Source: Candidatus Bathyarchaeia archaeon
Lineage (GTDB): Archaea > Thermoproteota > Bathyarchaeia > Bathyarchaeales > Bathycorpusculaceae
DNA length: 64,000 bases
Assembly: GCA_038883795.1 (NCBI GenBank)
Contig: JAVZLK010000007.1
Span: 22,111-86,110 of the forward strand
Reading direction: 5' to 3'
Part shown: positions 10,174-19,011 of the stretch, in pieces
How the letters are laid out: every line of letters starts with the position of its first letter
Numbering within the stretch: position 1 is the stretch's first letter
Notes under the pieces: generated by a model
The model's input: only the letters and a program-made list of their open reading frames with translations
Databases searched by the model: none
What the model was told of the DNA's origin: nothing
Position numbers and translations under genes: made by a program

Positions 10174-11289
10174 ATGAACCCGATAATTGGCGTAGCCGTA
10201 AAAGATATCCGCACATTTTACAGAGAAAAGGGCACCCTTTTCTGGACAATAGCTTTTCCGGTGCTCGTAATGCTCTTATTCTCCGCCATTTTCGGAAGAG
10301 AAGTGCCATTCACGGCAAACATAGGCGTGGTAAACCAAGACTCTTCTAACGTATATGGAATAGCCACAAACGTCATCGCAGGGCTTAATCAAACCGAAGT
10401 TTTCAATGTAAAAACCTTCGAAAACAAAACCAACGCATTAAAGGCTTTAAATGCCACAGAAATCCGCGCCGTCATCACGATTCCAGAAGATTTTTCAATA
10501 AACATCACAACTGGAAAACCAGCGCATGCTTTATTGGCTGTTGATGAAACTAATCCAGACGTGGCTCGAATTGTTAGGGATATAATCAAAACCTTCTTCA
10601 CCGAATTTTACAAGAGTCTAAATACAAACTTTAGTGAGCCCATATCTGTGGTTGAAGAAGCATCATTAATGCGGGAGAAGGTTGGCTATAAAGAGTATAT
10701 TCTTCCAGGCATGTTATGTTATCCGCTTTTATTCTCCAGCATGGTGGTTTCCACAGGCGCAATAGTTTACGAAAGGGAAAAGGGAACACTCAAACGTATT
10801 AGGGCTTCGCCCATACACCCATTAAGCATGCTTTTCGGCAAAACTCTTGCCGCCCTTTTCCAAACAGCCATAACAATCTTAATAATAGCCGCTTTAGGCT
10901 TTCTAGTGCTCAATCCAAAAGTAAACTGGAACATTCCGTCATTAACGCTAATACTGTTTTTGGGTTCGATGAGCGGCATAGCCATAGGCTTACTAATCTC
11001 ATGCATCGGAAGGTCTCCCCAAGAGGCTTCGGGAGCAGCCACAACCATAGGCATAGTGCTTCAATGGTTCACTGGAATGTACTTCCCACTGGAATACCTT
11101 CCAGAATATCTCCAACAAGTGGGCAGAATTGTGCCAATGACCTACGCAGCCCAAGCCATAAGAGACATAATGCTCAGAAATGTCACGTTAAACGATTTGC
11201 TTCAACCCATAATAACGCTCGCAACATCAGCAACAATACTATACATTGTTGGAATATTCCTATACAGAAGATGGGTCGAAAAAGAATAA
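10174..11289 (+). CDS. ABC-2 type exporter permease
   Basis: N-terminal TM, large extracytoplasmic loop, EREKGTLKRI motif, multi-TM C-terminus. Confidence 0.9.
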   Translation: MNPIIGVAVKDIRTFYREKGTLFWTIAFPVLVMLLFSAIFGREVPFTANIGVVNQDSSNVYGIATNVIAGLNQTEVFNVKTFENKTNALKALNATEIRAVITIPEDFSINITTGKPAHALLAVDETNPDVARIVRDIIKTFFTEFYKSLNTNFSEPISVVEEASLMREKVGYKEYILPGMLCYPLLFSSMVVSTGAIVYEREKGTLKRIRASPIHPLSMLFGKTLAALFQTAITILIIAALGFLVLNPKVNWNIPSLTLILFLGSMSGIAIGLLISCIGRSPQEASGAATTIGIVLQWFTGMYFPLEYLPEYLQQVGRIVPMTYAAQAIRDIMLRNVTLNDLLQPIITLATSATILYIVGIFLYRRWVEKE

Positions 11290-11365
11290 AAGTGATTCTT
11301 TTTAATTTTTGCGAAAAGTTTTTAGCCTTAGATGTTGTGTAGTTTTCTAATATTCGGTGTAAAAA

Positions 11366-12217
11366 ATGACACAACAAACCGTTCCTAGAAAAATTAGAAT
11401 TTCAGCAAGGGACACGGCTTTAATTGCTTTATTTGCCGCCTTGATTGCCATACTCACCAGACTTCCAGGAATTCCAATTTCTTTAGGAATTCAATCAGGA
11501 GATATCGAATTTTCGGTTCCATTGTATCCTTTAGCTGGCATTCTTCTTGGTCCATGGGTTGGCGCTTTGGCTGTTATTATAGGCAATTTTATTGCTTGGA
11601 TAATTCCAACATCAAGTGTGTTAGGTTTGTTGCTCATTCCAGCTGGAGCCTTCGCAGCATTATGTGCTGGCTTCCTTACACGACAAGCGAGGTGGGCAGG
11701 TTGGAAAAGTGCCGCCGTTTTGCTTGCAGTTCTAATTGCCCTTTGGTATGTCACGCCCATAGGATTTGAGGCGCCATTTTACCCCTTCTTCCTACACGTT
11801 CCCGCCTTAATACTAATCCTAATCTTTAGAAACAAAATCTTCGATTTCGTAAACAGCGCTTCCAAAAAATTTGTAACGGTAGGTGTTGGAATCACAAGTT
11901 TTGTAGGGGTAATGGCAGACCACATGTGGGGCAATGTTATGTTCCTCATGGCCTTAGAGTACGTTGTCAATATGAGAGCACTTAGAGATGCCCTCAGAAA
12001 TATAGGCATGGCAATAGGCTTAGGATTTTCAGCGAGCAACCCTATGCCTCCGTGGGTATCTCAAATGGTTTCCAATCCCACCTTAGGAGACTGGTTTATG
12101 CTTTCCATTCCAATAGCCACGGTTGAGCGCATAACATTCACGTTGATTGCCACAGTTATAGGCGTAGGCGTTATAATGGCTATTGGAAAAAGTTTCTTCG
12201 CAAAATCCAAAAATTAG
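11366..12217 (+). CDS. ECF transporter S component-like membrane protein
   Basis: ALIALFAALIAIL N-terminus; PLAGILLGPWVG pattern; multi-TM. Confidence 0.65.
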   Translation: MTQQTVPRKIRISARDTALIALFAALIAILTRLPGIPISLGIQSGDIEFSVPLYPLAGILLGPWVGALAVIIGNFIAWIIPTSSVLGLLLIPAGAFAALCAGFLTRQARWAGWKSAAVLLAVLIALWYVTPIGFEAPFYPFFLHVPALILILIFRNKIFDFVNSASKKFVTVGVGITSFVGVMADHMWGNVMFLMALEYVVNMRALRDALRNIGMAIGLGFSASNPMPPWVSQMVSNPTLGDWFMLSIPIATVERITFTLIATVIGVGVIMAIGKSFFAKSKN

Positions 12218-12284
12218 CGGAAAACTAAGGAAAAGAGCTTAAAAGCCGATTACGTATTCTAAATTTTGAACATTCTATTAAAGG

Positions 12285-12764
12285 GTGAAGAGGCTTATGA
12301 GTGAAATTTACCCTTATGTAGTTTTTCTTCCAGCAAAACAAAAAGATAGAATGCTCTCAGCAATTTTCGGCTCCAAAGCTGCAGTCGACATTTTAAGATT
12401 CTCTATAAGGCAAGGAATTTCAAACAAAATTTACCAAAAAGAATTAATTGAAACGCTTTCCTACTCCAACAAAACAATAATTGAACATTTAAAAACACTT
12501 ACAAAACTTGGAGTCTTAGAAGAAGAAATGGAGAAGACAGAGAAACAGAAGCGCACCCTATGGGTTAAGTCTTATAGGCTTTCAAATTTGGGGAAATGGT
12601 TTGCTTTGTTGCTTGCTGAAGAGAAGGATTTAAGCGAAAAAGAGAAAGCGGAAATACTGCAAAACATTTTTAAAATTTACATCCAATGGGTTAAGGGGCT
12701 TTCAGAAAAACTTCACGTAAACAAGAAGGTGTTGGAGGAAATCTTTAGGGAAGAGATGAAATGA
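12285..12764 (+). CDS. Winged-helix DNA-binding protein
   Basis: YQKELIETLSYSNKTIIEHLKTLTKLGVL helix-turn-helix followed by a wing (YRLS). Confidence 0.7.
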   Translation: MKRLMSEIYPYVVFLPAKQKDRMLSAIFGSKAAVDILRFSIRQGISNKIYQKELIETLSYSNKTIIEHLKTLTKLGVLEEEMEKTEKQKRTLWVKSYRLSNLGKWFALLLAEEKDLSEKEKAEILQNIFKIYIQWVKGLSEKLHVNKKVLEEIFREEMK

Positions 12765-13297
12765 AAAAGCCACTAATCATAGCGGTTGTTGGGAGCAAAA
12801 GCTCTGGAAAGACAACAACAATAGAAACCCTAACAAGAGAATTAACCAAAAGAGGCTACAAAATCGCAGCCATAAAGCATATTCCAGAACCAAACTTCAC
12901 AATTGACCATGCGGGAAAGGACACTTGGAGATTTGCCCAGTCAGGAGCAAAAACCATCATCAGCATAGCATCAAATGAAATGGCCATAATAGAAAAGACG
13001 AGTACAGAAAATTTTTCTTTAAAGGAAATTCTGAAAAAATGTGAAGGTCATGACATAATTTTTATTGAAGGTTTCAGAAAATTTGTGGGTGAAGACAAAG
13101 AAATATACAAAATTGTGGTGATAAAATCCGCTGAGGAAGCGTCGGAGGCTATTAGAAATTTTAAGCCAATATTGGCTTTTACTGGACCTTATTCAACTGA
13201 AGCTGTTTATCCAGAAATTCCATATGTGGATTTTTCATCAAATCCAGAAAAAATTGCGGATATTGTGGAAAGAGCTGTCAAGGGATTTTTGCCCTAG
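12761..13297 (+). CDS. mobB: Molybdopterin-guanine dinucleotide biosynthesis protein B
   Basis: VVGSKSSGKTT, IKH, GKDTWRFAQSGA and IEGF motifs. Confidence 0.9.
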   Translation: MKKPLIIAVVGSKSSGKTTTIETLTRELTKRGYKIAAIKHIPEPNFTIDHAGKDTWRFAQSGAKTIISIASNEMAIIEKTSTENFSLKEILKKCEGHDIIFIEGFRKFVGEDKEIYKIVVIKSAEEASEAIRNFKPILAFTGPYSTEAVYPEIPYVDFSSNPEKIADIVERAVKGFLP

Positions 13298-13391
13298 TTG
13301 GTTTGTGGAGGCTTGGAGATTTTGTTTAAGGGGGAGAAAGGAGATTCTTTAAAAGAAGAAGGGGATTTTCTCCAAACCTTTCCACCCAACT
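13296..13391. repeat. Imperfect inverted repeat between the convergent mobB and cdvC genes
   Basis: Left arm AGTTGGTTTGTGGAGGCTTGGAGA (13296-13319); right arm TCTCCAAACCTTTCCACCCAACT (13369-13391). Confidence 0.5.
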
Positions 13392-13419
13392 TCAGGCTTT
13401 TCCCGTTGGCACCTCCTTT

Positions 13420-14580
13420 TTATAGAGCCTTGAAAGCTTCGAACCATCTGTTATAAAGCGCCAGCATGTCAAGGGAAACGCTTGGCTTCCGCTCTTCCAA
13501 TATTTGTCTGAAATCGTCCATTGTTAAGAATCTTGGCTTAGCCAACTTATTTGCGGCTTGACCAGACTCGAAGAATTCGCCTATAATTTTTAGTTGTGCT
13601 GATTGGCAAACGTCTCTTATGTCGCTTCCAGAAAAGCCTTCGGAAAGCCTAGCCAATTCGTGCAGGTCAACGTCTGGAGCAAGCTTCAAATGGCTGGTGT
13701 AAAGCTTAAACATCATCAACCGCGTGTGGTGGTCTGGAAGGGGCACCAAAATTCTTTTCTGAAATCTTCTGATGAAAGCCCAGTCCAAATCCCAAGGCTT
13801 GTTTGTTGCTCCAATAACGTAAACGTGAAGATTCTTACCCTTGTCTATAATGCCGTCGGTTTCCTTCAAAAATTGGTTTCGAACCCGAACTTCCCCGCCA
13901 ACCTCATTTGAATGTCGCCCCATAAGAGAATCCAACTCGTCAATGAAGACTATGGCGGGTTTTCCTTCCAAAGCTGATTTTCTAGCAGAAGCAAAAAGTT
14001 TAGCAACATTTTGTTCAGCTTCGCCTAACCACTTGGACATTATTGAAGCTGCATCAATAGAAATGAAAGTGGCGTCTATCTCTGTAGCAACAGCCGCAGC
14101 CAACAAAGTCTTTCCACATCCAGGCGGACCAAACAATAGAATGCCCCTCGGCCAGCCTAAGGGGAAGAGGTCTGGTCTCTGAACTGGATAAACTATGGCT
14201 TCTTTGATTGCCTTTTTCGCATTTTCCAGGCCGATGACTTCTTCCCATTTCACGTTTGGCTTTTCAGTAACTATTAATTCCTCATAAGTTGATTTTCCCT
14301 GGCTAGTTTTGGCGCCGGCTTCAACATTAGCGGCTTCCTCTTGTGGCGGTATAGGCGCTGCGCCTTGCAAAGCCTTTATTCTTTCTTGGTAGGCTATGGC
14401 TCTTTGAATATACACCTTGTTTAGGCTATATTCGGGATATAACTGTACAAGTTTTAGGAGGCTCTCAATAGCCTTTTGATACATAGTTATTGCCATACCG
14501 CGGGACCCTTGCTTATCTAAGCGAACGGCTTCCAAGGCGTAATTGGTTGCGGCTTTCTCAAGTTCTTGGGAAGCACTCAT
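13420..14580 (-). CDS. cdvC: Vps4-like AAA ATPase CdvC (MIT + AAA)
   Basis: N-terminal MIT domain (A..YALEAVRLD..G...AI.MY); GPPGCGKT; SKWLGEAE; FIDELD; GFSGSDI. Confidence 0.95.
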   Translation of the reverse strand: MSASQELEKAATNYALEAVRLDKQGSRGMAITMYQKAIESLLKLVQLYPEYSLNKVYIQRAIAYQERIKALQGAAPIPPQEEAANVEAGAKTSQGKSTYEELIVTEKPNVKWEEVIGLENAKKAIKEAIVYPVQRPDLFPLGWPRGILLFGPPGCGKTLLAAAVATEIDATFISIDAASIMSKWLGEAEQNVAKLFASARKSALEGKPAIVFIDELDSLMGRHSNEVGGEVRVRNQFLKETDGIIDKGKNLHVYVIGATNKPWDLDWAFIRRFQKRILVPLPDHHTRLMMFKLYTSHLKLAPDVDLHELARLSEGFSGSDIRDVCQSAQLKIIGEFFESGQAANKLAKPRFLTMDDFRQILEERKPSVSLDMLALYNRWFEAFKAL

Positions 14581-14592
14581 ATCGGAACACTC

Positions 14593-15486
14593 CTATCCGG
14601 ATTTTAATTCAATTTTTATTTTTCCTTTGGCTCCCAAACTTTCAAGAGCCTTCTCAATTTCTTCATAAGAGGCTTTCAAATCAACCGAGCAACGTTTCAG
14701 GTCAATTTCTCCATTACTCTTCTTAACATAGTCGAGGAGAACATCTTCTAATGATGGTTTTTCAACTTTTAAGGAAATTTCTTGAATCTCAGCTTTCTTA
14801 AAAGAAAGGAGGGTTTGAGAAGAATTTCTTTCAGAATCCTCGACTGTTTCATTCGCTATGGCTTGCGAACAGTTAGCGGCTAAGGCTACCATTTCTTTTA
14901 ATGTAGTTTTTTCAGGTTCTGGCGTTTCTAAAGTGGCGGGCGGTTCAGGGAGCTCCTCACTCAATTTTTGTTCGAGGAAGCTTGAAACTTCTTTTAATAT
15001 TTCTTCGCCACCGGGTGTTTTCTTGCCCACGGGAATTAGGGTTTCGTCTGCTGTTATTTTTGTTGAATATAACGTTTCGCTTATTGTTTCGTTAACCTTG
15101 CTAAGTTCTGATGAGACATCTGGCAAAACTTCATACAACTGTTGCGAAACACTCTGCAGAATTTTTAGGGCTGGTTTTAAATCGAAAACTATGTCGCTTA
15201 ACTCTTTTATTGTTTCAAGTCTGAGAATTACACGTTCTATGGCTAACTCTACATTGTAAAGAAACTTTATCAGCTTTCTAATTTCTGCAATTTCGTTGGC
15301 GCAGAGGGTTGCCCTTTCCTTATTTTTATTGTTGAGGGCGTTTATGCATGTTTGAAAGAGGATTCTGTCTCTTTCTTTCAGTCTGAAACTTGCTTGTTCA
15401 AGTTTGTTACGTTGAACTTTTAAGGTTTGTATTGATTTTATAACTACTTCACGGAGTGGAGGGCTTTGGCGAATAAATCCTTTAAT
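14593..15486 (-). CDS. cdvB: ESCRT-III protein CdvB with C-terminal winged helix; proposed ATT start, 297 aa
   Basis: The frame stays open 116 codons upstream of the called TTG and encodes a Snf7 core (RATLCANEIAEIRK..ERVILRLETIKEL) paralogous to 16264..16926; MIM2-like ELPEPP; C-terminal wH; GGAGG 8 nt before ATT 15486. Confidence 0.85.
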   Translation of the reverse strand: MKGFIRQSPPLREVVIKSIQTLKVQRNKLEQASFRLKERDRILFQTCINALNNKNKERATLCANEIAEIRKLIKFLYNVELAIERVILRLETIKELSDIVFDLKPALKILQSVSQQLYEVLPDVSSELSKVNETISETLYSTKITADETLIPVGKKTPGGEEILKEVSSFLEQKLSEELPEPPATLETPEPEKTTLKEMVALAANCSQAIANETVEDSERNSSQTLLSFKKAEIQEISLKVEKPSLEDVLLDYVKKSNGEIDLKRCSVDLKASYEEIEKALESLGAKGKIKIELKSG

Positions 15487-15516
15487 AGCTTTTCCCTCCG
15501 CCCGCTACTTTATGCC

Positions 15517-16248
15517 TTATATGCTCGCCTTTCCCAACTCTTTCACATAAACAATCACAGGCGGCTCCGGAAGATCAGGAGCGCTAGGCGATGATGTTGA
15601 CGCCTCAGTTGTTTCTTTACTTTTTTCCTGTTCCAGTGGTTTTGGCGTTTCACCCAATATAATGTTTGTAAGCTTGGTTTTTGTCTGCTCCAGGTCACTT
15701 TTCTTTGCGTTAACTCTTTTCAGATTTTCTTGTATTATGGAAAAAGCTGTTTCATAAGATTGGTCGTCTACTTTTCCAATCTCATGTTCAAGTTCAAGAT
15801 GCACCAAAGCGTAGTTAAGTTCCTTAATTTCGTTGGCGCATTTGGCTATTTCCTTGTCAGTCTCCTCTATAAGGGCTTGGGCTTCAGTTTTCAACTGGTT
15901 TAATGCGCCATCAAAGTTGCTGTGGAGTTCTTCGTAGAGTTCTGATGAAATCTTCTTCTTTTCTAAAAGTTCTTTGAGGGCTTGGTTTTTGCGCCATAAG
16001 AGGGGAATTTGATCGCATAAAGCGTTTGCTTCTGCTTTAATGTGTGATGTGAGTGTAACATCTGCTCCATCGAATTTTAGGTGTTCCATGGAGTATTTTA
16101 AGAATTTTCCGTCGCCTTGTTCTATGAAGACGGCGTCAAATTTTCCGCTTGGAGTTAATGCGAAAGAAGCTATTTTGCCTATTGGGCATCCATATTCGTC
16201 TTTAATTTGTTTTCCAAGAGAAAGAAAAGGATTGGGGGTTTGTGACAT
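15517..16248 (-). CDS. cdvA: Cell division protein CdvA
   Basis: PRC-barrel-like N-terminus (LGKQIKDEYG..IGKI), long coiled coil, LELEHEIG motif, C-terminal PPVIVYV beta-strand; lies between two ESCRT-III genes. Confidence 0.88.
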   Translation of the reverse strand: MSQTPNPFLSLGKQIKDEYGCPIGKIASFALTPSGKFDAVFIEQGDGKFLKYSMEHLKFDGADVTLTSHIKAEANALCDQIPLLWRKNQALKELLEKKKISSELYEELHSNFDGALNQLKTEAQALIEETDKEIAKCANEIKELNYALVHLELEHEIGKVDDQSYETAFSIIQENLKRVNAKKSDLEQTKTKLTNIILGETPKPLEQEKSKETTEASTSSPSAPDLPEPPVIVYVKELGKASI

Positions 16249-16263
16249 GTTTTCTCCCCCTGT

Positions 16264-16926
16264 TTAAGAGGTTTCTGTTGGCGCCTTTTCGCTTATGGGA
16301 GTTGTTGGAATTCCTGGTGGCAGCTCTGGGAACTTTTCTTTGATTCTTTGTTCTGCAACTGTGGCTGCTTCTGTGAGAATTTTCTGGGCATCTTCATTTA
16401 CCGTGTCAAAGTTTAGGGTCATTCCAGAACTTTGTCCAGCCTCGATCATTATGCCGCTTAAAATGTTGCCTATTTCGCCAAGTTCAGTTTCCGCTTCTGG
16501 GAAAACGCTTGCGAGTCCAGCTCTCACAGATCTTAAAACACCAACTGCTGGTCCTAACGTGGAAACTACATCTCCAAGTTCTGATACCGTTCGTAAACGT
16601 AATACTATTTGTTCAAGGGCAAGTCTAGCGTTCATTATTAGTTTCTCCATTTTGCGAATTTCAGCTAATTCATTGGCGAAAACGTTTGCGCGGGCGGTGT
16701 CATGCTTTGTGTAGGCGTCAACTATCCTTGCAAATATCGCTTTGTCTCTCTGGCTGAACCTTTCAGACGCTTGATCTAGCTTCTGAACTTGAAGTTCAAT
16801 GCGTCTTACGGCGAAGTCTAAGCGTGGCTTTAAAGGTCCTGGTGGTCTCACGGCCTCTTTTATGCGGGTTGTGAAGGGTTGCTCTTCTCTTCTGCTTTCC
16901 CATTTTTTACCAAATCTTTCAGACAA
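16264..16926 (-). CDS. ESCRT-III/Snf7 paralog without wH domain (CdvB1/2-like)
   Basis: RANVFANELAEIRK and ALEQIVLRLRTVSELGD motifs; MIM2-like FPELPP; TTG start behind GGAGGT. Confidence 0.92.
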   Translation of the reverse strand: MSERFGKKWESRREEQPFTTRIKEAVRPPGPLKPRLDFAVRRIELQVQKLDQASERFSQRDKAIFARIVDAYTKHDTARANVFANELAEIRKMEKLIMNARLALEQIVLRLRTVSELGDVVSTLGPAVGVLRSVRAGLASVFPEAETELGEIGNILSGIMIEAGQSSGMTLNFDTVNEDAQKILTEAATVAEQRIKEKFPELPPGIPTTPISEKAPTETS

Positions 16927-17152
16927 ATTAATACCTCCGAAAAGAGAAGGGCGCAGAGAATAATCTTATACATTGTTAATATGTTGAAAACATGCACGTA
17001 TATACGTAGAGCTATATGTCCCAGAAAAAACGGTTTTAGGCTTTAGTTAGAAAAATAAAAGATGCTGTTGCTGGTTTTGGAGTAATAGACATAAATGTGT
17101 AAGTTAGACTAAAAAGAGGCTTAATTTGAATTCTAAGCAAAGGTGAAATTAG

Positions 17153-17371
17153 ATGGGTGAAAGGTTAAAGGTTTTCGGATTAGTGGCGCTTTTAGGATTC
17201 ATGGCAGGAATCATAGCCCAACTCACAGCAGACTACATCATTCCAGCACTCTTAGAAATCTTGCCAGCCCTCGTCCAAATAAGATTCTTAGTTTCAGGAT
17301 TTGCAGGAGCATGCCTAACGCTGGTCTTAATAAGCATTTGGGCCTACATCACTGGACCCACAGAAAGATAA
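17153..17371 (+). CDS. Small 2-TM membrane protein
   Basis: 72-aa ORF with two hydrophobic segments; AGGTGA SD; divergent from the cdv operon. Confidence 0.7.
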   Translation: MGERLKVFGLVALLGFMAGIIAQLTADYIIPALLEILPALVQIRFLVSGFAGACLTLVLISIWAYITGPTER

Positions 17372-17425
17372 ATTCACTAATTCCCTTTCTTTACTTTACG
17401 AATTTTTAGCTTATATGCCATTTTT

Positions 17426-17491
17426 GGACTCAGGAGCGGAAAAAGCAATCATCCGCTTAAGGGTCAGTGTACCTCGATTACGTCATCGTCC
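17426..17491 (-). ncRNA. Box C/D methylation guide sRNA
   Basis: Minus strand reads GG-ACGATGA(C)-guide-CTGA(D')-spacer-GGATGA(C')-guide-CTGA(D)-GTCC; terminal GGAC/GTCC stem; 66 nt; intergenic. Confidence 0.8.
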
Positions 17492-17533
17492 ATAATTGAA
17501 ATGCCCATCAAAAGTTATTTAGTTTTCGGACAT

Positions 17534-18085
17534 TTATTTAGGCTGGTACGTTTTTGTCACATCCAAAATTTCCTTGTCTGTCAATGCATAAACCAAATTT
17601 ACGTCTTTATTCCATTCTTGAATGTACATTAAAGGCTGGTCAATTCTTTTTTCAGTAGGGTCCACATGAACCCAACGGTTGTTAATGAAAATTTCAACCC
17701 AAACGTGATCTCCCGCCGCCTTCCTTGACTTGTCTTTGAGGGTAGAGCAGTCGATAACTATGCGACTTTTATAACCATTTGCCAATAGTAAACCGTTGTA
17801 GAGCAAGGCGAATTCTCCACATCGTCCTTTTGATTGATGAATTATTTGTATGGGTAATTCGGCACGGGGTTTGGGTAATTCTTCCCTAGTATATTTAAGG
17901 TGTCTATGCTCCCAGTCCAATAGCTCTTTCCAATCTAAATTTTCAATGGGGTCTTGTAAAACATATTTTGCAAAATTGATAAGTTCCGCCCTATATTCGG
18001 GTGTTGCCATTTTCTCGTAACGCCTCTGATAAATTTCCACAATCTGTGGATGTTTCTGAGATTGCTTAGGCGAGTTGTTTCTCAT
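17534..18085 (-). CDS. Transglutaminase-fold protein resembling the peptide:N-glycanase core
   Basis: Cys-His-Asp triad motifs GRCGEFA, DHVWVE and WVHVDPTE, followed by DQPLMY..W.K. Confidence 0.75.
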   Translation of the reverse strand: MRNNSPKQSQKHPQIVEIYQRRYEKMATPEYRAELINFAKYVLQDPIENLDWKELLDWEHRHLKYTREELPKPRAELPIQIIHQSKGRCGEFALLYNGLLLANGYKSRIVIDCSTLKDKSRKAAGDHVWVEIFINNRWVHVDPTEKRIDQPLMYIQEWNKDVNLVYALTDKEILDVTKTYQPK

Positions 18086-18177
18086 TTATGTTCACTCAAA
18101 ATAGTTTTTGCCCACGTTTTCTGAAAAGCTTTAGTTTAAAAGTTGAAACATATCAACTTTGGAATGAGGCTATTATA

Positions 18178-18969
18178 ATGTGTGGCATATTTGGCTTTGC
18201 ACTAAAAAGGCATGTGCCAATGGTTAAAGTTTTTAGGGTTCTCCAGAAATTGGAAGTTCACCAGTACCCAAATGAGCCTAGACCAGTTGGCGGTTTCGGC
18301 GCAGGTGTGGCTATTCTCAAAAAGGACGGAAGCATTCTTTTGGAAAAGGTTGGAAAATCATATGATGTTTCACCAGCAAGACTTTTGTCTGAAACAGTTA
18401 ACGTTAGCGAAGCTTATGTTCTAGTTGGGCATGTGCGAATGCCAAGTTCCCAATTTATGGAAACGGCGAGGTTTAGGGAAACAGCCCAGCCTTATGTTAC
18501 GCAATGCCTTCCCGATTCAACGATGATTTCAGCCCATAACGGAAATGTAACAAATTACAATACTATAAGGGAAAAACTTGGCGCAAAACACATCTTTGAG
18601 TCGGAAAAAGTAGAGTTAATCGATTCTGAAGTCATCCCACACTTATTCGAAGAACTTTTGCTTAAGAAAGCCAACCCAAAAGAAGCCCTAGAAGCCCTCT
18701 TCCAAACTTTAGAAGGGTCAAATACTTTAAGTCTTCTGCAAATTGAATCAAATCGTTTGCTATTACATTTTGTTCATAAAGGAAAAACTAGAGGGTTAAC
18801 AATATGGAAAAACGATGATGGAGAGGTTGTTTTCTGCTCTCGGAAAGAGCCTTTAATGGAAGAGTTTGGCGATGTTCTAGGCGAAGGTGAGTTCAGAGGG
18901 CAAGTTTCTATCCAATATGGAGAAGAAGCGAGTTTAAAGATGACAATCCCTCTTTCGAGTTTACTATAA
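18178..18969 (+). CDS. Stand-alone class II (Ntn) glutamine amidotransferase domain protein
   Basis: MCGIFG start with catalytic Cys at position 2; GHVR; AQP; HNG; IDSE. Confidence 0.85.
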   Translation: MCGIFGFALKRHVPMVKVFRVLQKLEVHQYPNEPRPVGGFGAGVAILKKDGSILLEKVGKSYDVSPARLLSETVNVSEAYVLVGHVRMPSSQFMETARFRETAQPYVTQCLPDSTMISAHNGNVTNYNTIREKLGAKHIFESEKVELIDSEVIPHLFEELLLKKANPKEALEALFQTLEGSNTLSLLQIESNRLLLHFVHKGKTRGLTIWKNDDGEVVFCSRKEPLMEEFGDVLGEGEFRGQVSIQYGEEASLKMTIPLSSLL

Positions 18970-19011
18970 ACCTAATAAGACCTTGCACTTAAAATATATT
19001 TGAGAGTATAC

